A DNA stretch of 63,938 bases, the filler included, from Choristocarpus tenellus KU-1152 (lineage: Eukaryota; Protista; Phaeophyceae): NCBI GenBank assembly GCA_964200185.2. It is 11 parts of 11 records of this genome, joined end to end, with 100 filler letters (N's around TTAATTAATTAA, not from the genome) between each part and the next. Parts side by side here need not be neighbours in the genome. Positions count along the whole stretch, not along the records: positions 1 to 3,738 come from CAXNAD020018222.1; positions 3,839 to 7,756 come from CAXNAD020017151.1; positions 7,857 to 11,786 come from CAXNAD020017087.1; positions 11,887 to 31,058 come from CAXNAD020000487.1; 7 more parts are not named here. One strand, given 5' to 3'. Below are positions 1-12,557 of this stretch, piece after piece. The notes below the pieces were generated by a model, which was not told the origin of the DNA, ran no database searches, and saw nothing but the letters and a program-made list of their open reading frames with translations. The position numbers and the translations under genes were made by a program. Positions within the stretch are counted from its first letter, which is position 1. Each line of letters begins with the position of its first letter.

Positions 1-388
1 GAGTATTTTGCTTGTGTGGTATGGATGTGTTTATTGGCGGAGTGAGCACAGCCCCCGGTGGTGGGGGGTGCTCTCTCTTATTATCTTATTGTTTATTACA
101 TATATCAGCTGACACTTCAGCTTACACATCAAGACGTGTCGTGTCCTGCCCTTACATCGTACTATGTAACCTATCCTGTGTAGCTAGTACTATGTCAGGA
201 CTCCTCCATCAGTCCATTTATATTAACTAATAGTAAATCAACCATCTGAGGTTCGAACTCATTACTTTCAGCACACGAACATAAGTCAACGACACTTGCT
301 CCACTTAGTCAACATTCCTGCTGTCTAGCGTTTGTCACTAAACACGTATAAACCATATAGATTATCAGCCTATATAGCACACTCCCCC
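1..388 (-). repeat. Polypurine tract (GGGGGAG, 388-382) and probable 3' LTR starting TG at 381
   Basis: On the minus strand, shortly after the pol stop: ...ATGGGGGAG|TGTGCTATATAGG. No second LTR copy is present, so the distal boundary is unknown. Confidence 0.6.
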
Positions 389-3300
389 ATGAGCGTGCAG
401 CAAACTTGCTGGCAAAAGCTCACTCTCAACGCGAAAGCAAAGAATGCACAAAATCATAAATGAAACTCTTGCGTAAAGACTTGGTTAACACGTTTGCCAA
501 TTGCTTGCGTGTTGGAATATACTTAATGCCAAAAGTCCCCTTCTTCCATAACCTGACATTTCCTTCTCCATGGCCTCCTGCCGCTGATCTGCATTTGGGG
601 TAGGCCTGTGTAAAGTCCAGGGCGTTTATGCTCCAACCTCTGTACGCTGCGACTGATATGATGCATCGTAGTGTGTCATATCCCACCACCGGGCTGAAGG
701 TTTCAAAGAAGTCTACTCCTGCATTTTGGGTGAACCCACGGGCCACAAGTCTTGCCTTATATGGCTCCACTGACCCGTCTGCTGAGCGCTTGATCTTGAA
801 AACAAATCGTGTCTTGATTGCTTTCCTCCCTTGGGGCAGGTCCTTATCACTAAAAGTCCCCTTTTGCCATAACCCCGCCATTTCCTTCTCCATTGCCTCT
901 TGCCATTGCTCTCCATCTGGCCCACTCAAGGTCGCTTTGGTTGTAGATGGCTCGTCTGGATCTGCTGTTACTTCCCCCATGAGACCCATAAAGCAGTACA
1001 CTTCTTTGTTGTTCTGCTGCATGAGGGTTGACACGAAATGGTTAATGGCTGTTTCTTCTTCTTCTTCCTGATCACATAGTTTAGATGTGTAGGTTACCCG
1101 CTGGCGTTGCTCCAGTCTGGCAGATCTCCGAAGTCCAGAGTGTGGGGTCAGGCGCTTGGCTGCCATCTGTGCAGCCCTACCCATACGCTGGCGTTGTCCC
1201 ATCCTGGTAGAAATTTCTTGACTCTGGGGGGATGCTGAGCGCTTTGTGTCTTGAGCCCTACGCCCAATGTTTTGGCTCTCACCTCTAGTCTCGCTTCCTG
1301 TTGCGGAAGCCTCTTCTTCATCTCTCATATCCATGTTCATGTCGTCATGAAATTCTGGCTCCCCCAGTGTGTCTAGCTCTGGCTCCCTCACTAACTCCAG
1401 CAGTTTGTCTTCAGGCTGCAAAGACACTTGTGCTGAGGTCACCAGCTTACCCTCCTGTGGGATCCATTTGTGCCAGCAGCATAATCACTCTCTGTCATGT
1501 CCAACAAGGATCCCCCGTTTTGCATATGGATGGAATTTAGCATTGGCACCGCGCTGTTGTTTGGTGCGGTGTACAAAACACTCTGTCCCAAATACTCGAA
1601 GTCGCTTGTAATTAAAGGGTGTGTTGGTCAGGCGCTCATATGGTGTCTCGCCTCCCAAGTACTCGTGCGGCATTCCAGTGGTCTTGAATGTGGCGTCTGC
1701 CACTGCAAAGAACCAGAATTCCTCCCCCATTCCAGCTTGAATCAACTGGCTGCGAGCAGCTTGCATAATCTGTTTTATTGCCCGCTCAGCAATACCGTTG
1801 CTCTGGGGTATGTGTGGTGGACTCTTACGCCATTTTACGCCTCGCTCTGTCAGCATACGCTGGAACTTTATGCTCCTTCCGAACTCTCCAGCACCATCTC
1901 CACTGATGCATCTCACTACCACCCCATCCCGAGCCATTTCATCTATGTAGGCGGCAGTGGCCGCTGTAGCAGCGTCCTTGGTACGCAGTCCTATCACACG
2001 CTTTTCCCTGCTAGCCTCGTCCACAAACACCTGAAAATATTTCATTCCTGTCACGTCCGGGTTAAAAGGTTCCTGCATATCTGTGTGCACCACCTCCCCC
2101 ACTGTCTTGGGACTGTGGCCTCCTCGTGCGTAACTTAGTGCCTCGGACTTGCACTCCTTGCATACCTTGCAGTGGAGCTCTGAGGCGACTGTAGTATCTG
2201 AAATGTCCAGGAGACCTCGTTTCTCCAGGTGCTTTATTGCTAATGGGTTGAGGTGGCCCAGGATGTTGTGTCAATCTTGTAGGGAGAGACGCGGCTGCTT
2301 ATTTGCATAGCTAGCATTGATTGTTGCCTGACCTCTCTCCCCCTTCTCCGCCTGGAACTGGCAGCATCAGGAAGGCACCCTTCTCCTCCAAGTAGATTTT
2401 GGCTGCCTCCTTGCTGGGCTTGATGTGATTTTTTCTGAACCCAGATTCTACAAATTCACCTCCACGGCGCCGCAGACTACCTGTGCTAAGAAGTCTACAT
2501 GGTAGACCAGGTACCCAGACCACATCCTGGAGTACAATCTTGGTCGGCTTACCCTTCTCGTTATTGGCTTTCAACACCATCTTGCCAGTTGCCTTTGCTT
2601 CGAGTGTACCTTTATTACCAAAGGTTCAGGTGCGAGTAATCTTTGTTACTGCAGTGAGGTCCTGCAGTCTTGGGGTAAGATGTACATTAGCCCCCGAGTC
2701 ACATAGTAGGCTGATGGTCTTCGTCTTGGTCAGATCTTGAGTGGAGGATAGATCTGCTGCCTCTACCATTCTGTCATACACTTCCTCCCCCACAGACACA
2801 TTCATGGCCAGGAATGCTTTTGATGATCCCTGCCGATTTGCCTTGCCTCTACCTCTGCCACCTTTGCTTCGTCTCTTGGTTGGTGGTGGTGGAAATTGTG
2901 GTTTCGTCAACCCCTGGGGGCGCTTAGCAGGAGGTTGGCCATCCAAATATGAGCGGCATTCTCGCCACTGGTGATTATATCCTAGGCAGAACGTACATTG
3001 GTTTGAACTGAGGCCGCTCCTAGACTCCAGTTTCCTTGTCTGCAACTCTACCCCTGTGTGCAATGCCATAGCCCCTGAGCTCCTAGTTGTTTCCCCCGTG
3101 ACCTCCATGGTCATATAGGAAGCAGAAGAGATGATGGCGTTCTTCAACTGATCATATGTGAGATTTGGAGTTGTTGACAGTTGTGCGAAAACCTGTGGCA
3201 TGCTCTCTCTGATGCCTATAATTAAAGCCCCTATTTTGGCATGGTCTTCCTTAGCGGCCTCGAGCTGCTCGGATTCTGTCCATATGTGATCAAGACAAAT

Positions 3301-3738
3301 TACGAAATCTGCAGTGTCCTCCACTGACGAGCAGAATGTGTCTCACAGCTTCATTTCAAGGGCAATAAGCCGCATAGGCCGCTGAATTGTAGCGCATCCA
3401 CCATATATTTGCTCTAGTTCGAGCCAAGCAGCCCTTCCATCAGGGCTACCATTATTCTCGTGCAGGCTGACAATCATAGCTGTGGCACCTCTCGTGGCCT
3501 GTCCCAGCAGGAACCACAAAGCTTCTTGATGCCTAACGTATTCATCGTACGCGCAGCGTTCTTCGAATGATGAGTCGACCGAGGGAGGTGCTGGAATGCA
3601 GTATGCAGGTTGAAGTATCCGGTACAGTCCTTTCCCGCCCGCGTAACTCACCAATGCCATCCACCAATCAGCCCACTTCTCCCTTGTGTGCCCACGCGCT
3701 CCACTCCACAGTGGCAGCTTACGAGGGTCCGCTCCCGC
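382..3738 (-). mobile_element. Decayed Ty1/copia LTR retrotransposon, internal region (gag-PR-IN-RT-RH order), frameshifted and internally deleted
   Basis: Minus-strand ORFs carry gag (DGRAAWLELEQIYG, 3343-3660), a CCHC knuckle (CTFCLGYNHQWREC), protease LCDSGANVH (2626-3324) and integrase (VHTDM..VFVDEASR..SGDGAGEF..PQSNGIAER, 1485-2102). They also carry the RT N-terminus (WQEAMEKEM..KARLVARGF..ETFSPV) and the RNase H tail (KYIPTRKQLANVLTKSL, 426-1442). Integrase before RT is copia order. The 5' end runs into the spacer. Confidence 0.95.
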
Positions 3739-3838
3739 NNNNNNNNNNNNNNNNNNNNNNNNNNNNNNNNNNNNNNNNNNNNTTAATTAATTAANNNNNN
3801 NNNNNNNNNNNNNNNNNNNNNNNNNNNNNNNNNNNNNN
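3739..3838. other. Artificial contig spacer, 44N-TTAATTAATTAA-44N (also at 7757, 11787, 31059, 34172, 37863, 42285, 46273, 54796, 60847)
   Basis: Ten identical 100-nt spacers with a palindromic linker that has stops in all six frames. Confidence 0.99.
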
Positions 3839-4848
3839 GACCCACCCCTCCCCCTGTCCCAGACAAAGTCTCCACCCCTTTCTCAGTCACTGTTGCTGGG
3901 TTTGCAGGTGTGCCAGCAGCAGGGTTTTGCTCCTTGCTCTTTACAGGGATAAGGAGCACTGATGGATCTCGCCTCAGTCCAGACTCCAATGCCTCGTCCA
4001 CTCGGTCCAGCACATCGCTCCTAAAACATTGTAGGAGAGTGAGAAGGGGAACAACTCTTCAATTAGATTCTTGCTATGGACATCATTTCTCTCTCTCACT
4101 ATAACTCTCTCTCTCTCTCTCTCTCTCTCTGCAAGGATAAACACCCAAATAGTTTTTGTGGGGGAGACAGGAAATCAGGACTTCAAACTTGAAATGTGAA
4201 CATCTTAAAACAGTTGTTGGAGGGGATGGAAGCCTGGAATTGGATGAAGAGACAAGTACAATAAAGTAGCAGTGGATAGATTGATTTCTCAAAAAAAAAT
4301 TCACACATTGTTTTGTATATCGCGCTGCTTCATGCCAAAGATTACTCCAACTGAAAACTAGAAGAGACTTAAGAGCACATATTCTTAAGTGCTTCTATTT
4401 CTATTGCACAGGGGCTACGAGACCAGGCAAGAAGCCACAGTACTTCAGACTTTATCACAAAATAAACAAAATTGGGGTTATGATGTGAAGTTAAAGTATT
4501 GGGGATAGATGTGAGTGAGCAAAGGTTTCAAGGCCCATAAATCACATCATCACAGAGACCTATGATGGTGAGGAGTGGAAGTACCAGGTCCTGGTACACG
4601 CCGAGCATGTGTGTACTAGAAAGCGTCAATATTATATATCGACGGTAAAATGGGCTCTGTAGTGCTCCTACTCACCAGTCGTATAGATCTGGTTGTTCCT
4701 CCCAGTTGTTCTCTGCATTGACTTGCTTCACTGCGGAAATGAACTGGGCATCATCCTTCGCCTGGACTATGGATCTCCTCAAGGGGTCGAGTTCTATCGA
4801 TGGACGATGCGCTCGTGATCCGCCTGCTGTGGTAGCCTTGATCCTCAT
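3839..4848 (-). CDS. HECT E3 ubiquitin ligase, HUWE1/UPL1/Tom1-like N-terminus (DUF908 region); exon 1 4848-4676, exon 2 4020-<3839, truncated by the spacer
   Basis: A phase-2 GT-AG intron (TG|gtgag...ttttag|G) gives MRIKATT...NNWEEQPDLYDWSDVLDRVDEALE. This matches the W-x-DLYHWxxLLDRFDxIL signature of HUWE1/Tom1 N-termini. Confidence 0.75.
4088..4129. repeat. (CT)n microsatellite in intron
   Basis: Interrupted ctctct run. Confidence 0.9.
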
Positions 4849-6142
4849 AGCCCTCAACGAGAAAGGTCTTCGGTGGCTGTGACAGTCAATGAGGGAAATA
4901 GTCACAGCATCTATAATCAGCGCCCACTCAAAAAATCTTTCCTAGTGGAACAAACCTTCCAGACCTGCATCACAGAACTACCTCAATCAAGTGTTGGCAT
5001 GTTATGAAGGTGAGGTGACCAAATTTTTCCAGTGCTGTGGTCCATATTATCGAGTACTACTGCCCTTACTGAGCATATCAATACAGACAGTTTCTAGTGG
5101 TGAACAAAACAAAGAATGGTAGAGTGTTAGGGGATCTGATGACCCACAGAAAAACCAAGCTGATTGAAGCACACCCCATAACATTCATATAATGCGATAT
5201 TTAAAACTACAGCGAGGGTATGGGAGCAGAGATATATATCGGCGTCAAATGCACAGCGAGTTCATCCTGACGATTATGTAGATGTCTACACCGTCCATGG
5301 GCCGATTGAAACAGCTCTGGGAAGAACTAAGGTTATGTGTGGATAATGTTACTTGATATAAATAGCCATTTAGAAAGTAATTGCAAAAACGAACCTTTAC
5401 GAAGCCCGCTCCCACCGCCGATCTTCTCACTTTCCCTGGTTTACCCTCACCAGCCCAAATGGGACCAGGATCCTCGTATCTGATGGATCACGATCCAGGC
5501 AGGCCGACTGGAGGGCACATACAAGGGCCGTGTAGATTACCCGAAAATCTTTGCAGTTATTTTGTAAATCCAACGAAAAATGTAGACCTAGGGGACATGC
5601 CAACCCTTCTCTAGTCGCTCTGTGTTAGAGTCTCTCTATCTCGATGTTGAGTACTGAACGCACATTTTCTTAGACAAGGTTCCATATATCAATACGATAC
5701 GGTAAAGAATACATACGGAATTCAATATTTGTTGTTCTCTCTGTTGTTCAATCACAACGTAGCAGATATTAAAATATATAAGTGTTATAAACAAAATAAC
5801 ATAAATAAAAAGTAGTCGAGAGAACCCAACTGATTTGAGATTTAATGCCTGTTCCGTGCACAACGCAGACTTGTGGATGACCAAGGTAAATAGTTAGTCT
5901 GTACTTTGGTGGATATATCGGTGGTCGGGAGAGAGAAGGGTTCGTAACTTTCGTACAGAGGACTTAACCAGCTCTCAACTCTCATTGTCACGAAAAAATA
6001 AACCTTTTTGGTCGGTTGTGACCCTGTTTTTGTCCGCAGTGCCTGTAAAATTCAACTGCAAGGTAAAGCCGGCTCATTCGCAAACACACAACTGGGCAAG
6101 TCTTGTATAAGCGGCTTCTTTTCTTTGTAGCCTCAATAAAGG

Positions 6143-7288
6143 ATGGTAGCGTTCAAGCTGGAACACCCGCTAGGTGAGTTTGAGGTTGTCAAAATTAAGG
6201 ACCTCCGCTTGAAGTTTGGAGTGACACTGTTGACGTAGACAAGTCGACTACCAATCTGTCCGAAGAAAGTAAATATTTGACTGGCATCATTACTTCTTCT
6301 AGAACACTCTTACCCTTAGTGGAAGTCAATCATCTTCATTATGAGTACACTTGTCGATAGTCATCTCCTGCCTGTCACTGATGACACCTGTCACACTAGG
6401 TTCCACCCTTGTGTTCAAGGTTGCGATGGCTTCAGATCCCAATTCACTACTACAGAATGTTGGTTGGATTATATCAGCTGAATAGCGGCGCCCTCAATGC
6501 CTATGTTGCTCGTCTCTGTCGGTGATGTGTGGTCCCTTTTTGTATTTTGAGTGCGAGCTAATTGAATCGCTTGAGTTGAAGTGCGCCAACCATCTCTGTG
6601 AAATCTCATTTTGAATCATCGGAGTACTAGAGGACGCAAGAGATGGCGGGGGATTGGATATCTTGATGAATTCATAGGAACTCGTCCGCCCTTGGCCAAT
6701 CCTACCCTTAATGTTTCGTAAAGGGATGGTGCGTGTCTTGCACCGTTTATAACCAAGCACTGAGTCTACCCGTCGCCGTTTGTTGGCAGAGAAGCGCAAG
6801 TCGGAGGCGGAGCGCATTCGCAACAAATATCCTGATAGAATACCGGTGAGGCATGGCTAAAGTCTGGCAGCATGTAATATGTTGTGACCTTGGCAATAAC
6901 GTTTAAAAAAGGGGTTATGTGCATCCGATCTCAATTGTTGTAGGCCAGCCATACACAGCAACCTGCAACCCAGAATCCCAGAATCTCGCAGAAAATGCGA
7001 GCTCAAAACTCAGCCACTTTATGAATTTTGTCAATAGTGTATTTGAAATCGATAATGCATCATTGTTGCTCCCAGATGGATGTATCCCTTTATGAAGTGT
7101 TGCTTGCATGTAGCTGGCTTAAACCTGCTTTTGTGGTGTAGATGTTTTTTGCTTATTTTTCAATTCTCAATAGGCCTCCCTACTTCCTACTTGCATTGCT
7201 CCATAGGTCATATGTGAGAAGGCAGATAAGAGTGATATCCCGGACATAGACAAGAAGAAGTACCTTGTCCCTGCTGACCTCAGCACCG
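6143..7288 (+). CDS. ATG8: Autophagy-related protein 8 (GABARAP family); exons 6143-6173, 6790-6845, 7207-7288; 3' exons lost at contig end
   Basis: Spliced translation [56 protein letters not shown](G), with canonical GT-AG sites and consistent phases. A probable 5'UTR intron lies at 6063-6130. Confidence 0.96.
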
Positions 7289-7856
7289 GTAAGAGATCAG
7301 GGTCTTGTCGCAATCACTACAGTGGGCAGGGACTTCTTACACTTGTTTCAGTGTCCTTGTTGATGAAATGAGTGAGAGCTCTCTTTATGGAAGCTGTTTT
7401 TGCAACAGCAGAAGCTGTAGGATGTTTTCTCATGGTCCCACAGATTACTTCTTGTGCACACATCTAGTTCTAGACTCGTTCAACACAAGTTAATTTTGTT
7501 TAAGGTTGATGTTTTCAAAAATTAACAGATACAGTGAAAGCTTGACATACCACAGGAGTGCTTAATACATATCTCTTGTTGAAAACATCTGCCAACAGGC
7601 TACCCGAAAGAAACTACTCCAGCCCTTACTGTCTCACAGTAGTGCATGTTGTGGTTCATTGGGGTTTTTGATATACTGCCTTATAGGACAGTATATCAGT
7701 ATCATTTAATTCCCCTCACAGTCTTCGTCGTTAGCCCAGTGTTCCCCTCCCTCCCCNNNNNNNNNNNNNNNNNNNNNNNNNNNNNNNNNNNNNNNNNNNN
7801 TTAATTAATTAANNNNNNNNNNNNNNNNNNNNNNNNNNNNNNNNNNNNNNNNNNNN

Positions 7857-7888
7857 AGACCCCCCCCCCCTCCCAGATACTTTGGGTC
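7857..7888. mobile_element. MITE family B terminus at contig start
   Basis: cccccccccctcccagatactttgggtc. Confidence 0.7.
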
Positions 7889-9182
7889 AAACTTCAATGA
7901 GAAAAAATATGTGGTAGTGCATTAGAGCTCTACTCCAAATTTCTTTGAAGGATTCCCTTGCATTGCAAGAAGTGAGATGCTGCCAGCAACATTTTAGGGT
8001 AAGGAAGTGCAAAAGACCAAGTGCTCTACATGCCATCATTAATCAATGCCTTGACATCTTGAGAACGTTGCTTCGCAGTCTATAGGGGTCATTGTAAGTA
8101 GCAGATTGATGTGGTTCAAATATTGATATTTTACGTATGAAGACTGGTGTGGTAGTGTTTGCCCCATTTCTAAATGGGAAAACTCAAGTAAAGACTTGTT
8201 TTGTGTCTATACATGATGATCTTGGGCTACAACTTGGTAAATTATTTTTCATAGCTAGTATAATGTAACAAATTGGTAGAGAGGGAAACGGATTGATTAT
8301 AAGTAAACGCAGACTGATACTTCACAGTAGAACATATTTCACACGAAAAAAGAGCCTCCCTTTTTAATAAGGGGTTTCAACCTGCTCAGCCAAACATTTC
8401 AATTCAACTTTGGGGACCAAACAATCGTTTTAAAATCCAGTGACCATACAAATGTATTTTCATTGGTGAATTGTAGAACTCATTATTGGTATCTGAACCA
8501 AAACCACAACATCCATTCTTCAACTCCAATCTCCGTCATACCCTCACTCCATAGCTCCTGTCGATCTGATGAAAAGGGAGAGTATTACCCCACCTATTTG
8601 CAATGGCCCGACTTAGGTGTAGTACCCGAGGATTGAAGCAATAATATTGAAATAGAGGAGTGATGAGATAGTCTCTAATTTGTTCATCTCATGAAGATGA
8701 AGAACCCACACACCTAGCTATGTGGGTTACCTGTTACTATTTTTGTATTCATATACGAATCAAGGAAAACCACCTTTCTGTACCACGATAAGAAATTAAA
8801 TGATGCCTTTCTAATAGAATGATGCTTAGACTATCTAACTGAGGCAGAAATTTACAGGTTCAATATATTTGTATTACAGGGGCCAAGCTTGATTGGCCAC
8901 GGGCCACCACCAGAGATGAGTTCTGGAAACATAAGTGTGACTAGAACTACTCCATAGTTAGACTGGAGTGTATTCCGACTAGTTGGTATGTGTAGCCTTT
9001 TTGGAGAATATCTACTGATAAATTTATGGTACGATAATATTGACATCCTCCACATGACTACCCCCTTTATTCTACGCACTCATAAATGAATCGCACACAC
9101 TCATGCTATTTGACTGAGTGCTTGAGCATAGAGGACAAACCTCCCCACACATCCCTTGACCCATATCGTCCAGGTTACTCAC

Positions 9183-11097
9183 CGTAGGACCAGATTCGAA
9201 AATGGGGAGTTGACTATGTTGAAAAGGCCATGTTCCCCCTCATAATTGATGTTTTGCTGTTCGTTAGCTTCTATGCCATTCATTTGCAACTCAAGGTCCA
9301 GGAAGATAGGGTTGTTGGGAGGATTGTTGTTGTCCTCTGATTTGCTCGCAACAAGACATTCGTTTTGCGACAAACGAGAACTCTCCTGGCGACGGAACAA
9401 CTCCGCCTGGAATGCTTCCTCAGAGCCCCACCTTCAGAAAGGAAGGTTATGAAATAGCAATAAAATCCTCCATAGTAAAAAAAGGAAGTGTGACATAAAT
9501 GCATTTGGCCGGAGGAGTCAGTACATTATGATATGAGACCCAAAGTACCTGGGGGGGGTAGTCTACACCAGAGTGTCCATTTGGGTCAAAATCAGGAAAA
9601 GTGCATTTATATTTATGCAACCAAATAACAAACAAATGCCACATGAAAAAATTGACTCCAAATGGACAAGCACCACCCCCCCCAGATACGTTTTGAGCCT
9701 GCCACAAATTACATTCAGATTGACCTAGTGAAATTGCATCAAGAAAAATCTCCTATTTCTCTATCCGATGATCCTGTAACGTCGTGGGGAAAAGATGCGG
9801 TTCTAGAGCTCTAGTATCATGCACACTGACCATTTTTTGTGGAAGCAGATGATAACCAACCAATATTTCACAGTTCTTTGTACAAACAGGGAAAACGTTA
9901 CTCCCCTTATACAGTCTCTGTAATTTTTCGTGGTGACTTCAGTAACAGTCCTTGTTCGTACAGTATCTGAGTTTTTTTGTACTCCCCAATAGCAGTCCTC
10001 ATCAATAGTCGTATTAATAGCAATATTTGTCAGTCACCACTATTCTGTAGATTGAATCGACTCTTCTTTTCTTGAAAAATGATAAGAAAACTCTTTACTA
10101 AATGATCGCCGCCTGCACTTTGTGGCCGACAGCAAGTGGACTTTAAGTACCCAGGTGTACCTGGATAAAGCTTCGGCATGAGCAGCGGAGCACGTTGTTA
10201 TGGTGGTGCCAACTTCGTTGCTTTCTTTCCCCAGCCCAACCTCTCCCGCCCTCTCGACATGCATTTTTGGGAGACGTTTTAACTGACTTTCATTCAGCAT
10301 GTACTTTGTCTTGGCATACCTGCCAGCGAATAAAACAACATCACGCACAACATTACAGTGGGAGCACACCCTTGACTCGTGTGTAAAAATCCGAGGGAAC
10401 AAAGAAATAAACTGCTTTCGCCAGACAGAACGAGTACACTCAAGTTTTAAACATGTTTCTATGAGGTGCTTGAGTAGTCGTGTCTAGTTCTCCAACCAAT
10501 GGCCCTCTTTTTGCAGACCAGGCCATGATAGGCTCCTCTCAGGATGTGAAATACACCAAGCCAGACACACCTGAGGCTACACATCTTCACTCTGGAATCG
10601 ATCCGGTAGCAAGCATAGCAGACGCGATAGCAAGCCAGCGCGAAGAATCTTGACGTAGGTATGTCACAGAATGCGCATTTACGCCCAGCCAGAGCACTCA
10701 CAACCCTGAGACAAGAAAACTGGTAAGCGAGCCCATCGACTCCTCCGAATAAGGGGTTCAGTAAGTTGTGAACATCGAGGTCGCGGAGATAAGGTCGCCA
10801 ATGGCAGTCTTCATGACCGTGAAGTCGCCAGGATCTATTCACCGACGACGCTGTGCCGAACTCGCGAGCCGTGAGGTGGTTGAGGACAATCCCGCATAAA
10901 GTGCCAGGGAGACCAGGGATCAGGCCAACCCCGTCTGTACTTTGAATGTCGTCACGATTTGGTGGATGAGGGGGGAAAGAATGGCCAGTTTCTCGTCCTT
11001 CCTCTTGGCCATTGTGATGTAGAACAAGAAATGGATTGGCATGAAGCCCACGCTTGCAAGGAAATGTCTCGCAACTCACTTCGCCCTTTGTTTGCAT
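9183..11097 (-). CDS. F-box protein with C4 zinc finger and XPA-like DNA-binding domain; exons 11097-10571, 10319-10161, 9431-9183; last exon(s) unresolved
   Basis: F-box-like LPGTLCGIVLNHLTAREFGTASSVNRSWR, then CAFC-x15-CYAC, KMCSLRYAKTKYMLNESQL and EALSRWGSEEAFQAELFRRQE. Three successive phase-2 donors keep the frame. Confidence 0.8.
9537..9699. mobile_element. MITE family B, full ~163-bp copy with poly-G/C next to the TIRs, in an F-box gene intron
   Basis: Ends GACCCAAAGTACCTGGGGGGG ... CCCCCCCAGATACGTTTTGAGCC. Internal GTCCATTTGG and CCAAATGGAC are inverted subterminal motifs. Confidence 0.8.
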
Positions 11098-11886
11098 CCC
11101 AGGGTTATTCCTATAGCTTCTGTTCCCAAATGATGAGGGGGGGAGATACAGGAATGGAAGAAGAAGTCTTGCTGTGCATCTCTGTCCTGTCAGGGAAGCC
11201 CTCAGATCTCAGACCTCGTTGATTGTTGAAGGATTCGCTTTGGTCAACAATTCAAACTCCAAACTCAAGTCTTAAAGTTCACGGTATAAAACATAAAAAA
11301 ATAGAGGTTACAGTATAGACCTCCATAAAAACTTGAAAATACTAGTAGTTCGCAGAATTTTATATATAAACTGGAAACTAGCAGAAACTGAAAATTGAAA
11401 TATCGATATTCATCTCATGGGGAATGGTGTTTGCACAGACTGCAGAAGATGGATATTTCATATTCAAAATGACAAGACTTCACACTTTACACAGTAAGGA
11501 TGTGTCTACGATATCGACCAAGTTTGAAAGAGTTACTTCAAATCTAGACAGTACCACAATGAATGCCAACACCAGACTCTCCCCCGTGTCTTCAGACCAC
11601 CTCATGAGTTTCAATTCATATTCTATCTGAAGGAGGTGTGTTTATTCGTAGGTGGATTGGAGTTTGTGCGAATCTGACGACGTAGATTGCTCAGACCTAT
11701 CCAGGTTGGACACAGGTAATAACTTCCAAACACCTTCACCACCAGCCCTGGATTGTTAAAGAAACTGGTGTTCCCAAGACTTGTGTNNNNNNNNNNNNNN
11801 NNNNNNNNNNNNNNNNNNNNNNNNNNNNNNTTAATTAATTAANNNNNNNNNNNNNNNNNNNNNNNNNNNNNNNNNNNNNNNNNNNN

Positions 11887-11975
11887 ACATGCAACCAAAT
11901 CACCAAAAAATTGCAACATGGAAAAATGGACCCCAAAATGGACAGGAGTCACCCCCCCCCCCGATACTTCGAGCC
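11887..11975. mobile_element. MITE family B partial copy at contig start
   Basis: atgcaaccaaat...aaaatggacaggagtcacccccccccccgatacttcgagcc aligns with the right half of the 9537-9699 copy. Confidence 0.8.
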
Positions 11976-12557
11976 ACACATACAACAAGGAGTATTTATA
12001 AGTATTATTATTTTTTATATAACCAAATGTCAACCCCACCCCCAATATTATCACCATGTTGTATGTATAAAATCAATATTTGTTTTGAAGAGCATGCTTT
12101 CATTTTCAGTTTCTTACTAAGTTACATGATTACAACATTTTGTTGCACTATTTAGTAGTAATAGTAATACCTCTTTAACATTATTTAATGTGTTGGGGGG
12201 GGGTTGTTTTAGGGGGATCATGAATGGGCACCACTCTCCTCATGGACCAAACGATTCATAACATGATTCCTCCATCCACATCGAAATGTGATTAGACACG
12301 ATTGATCCTACTTAAAGCATCTGTGCAATAGAGAAGTCATTTCATGCAACAGACGAGCATAATTTCATGGATGGTTCTGCCTTCGTAGGTTGGATGTGTC
12401 TTAGTATTATAGAAAAAAATACTTTGATTGGCGGAATGTTGGCGACTGCAGCCAACAAAAACGCCCACTCAACACACCATCTCTGAATTGTGGTCGAAAC
12501 GGTTTTTGCATTTATTTGGATATCTACGTGTTGCTCATTTCGCAGCTCCCTGGAGCC

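Noticed and set aside
245-275. GGTTCGAACTC B-box-like motif
   Set aside because: Isolated motif inside the putative LTR, with no cloverleaf.
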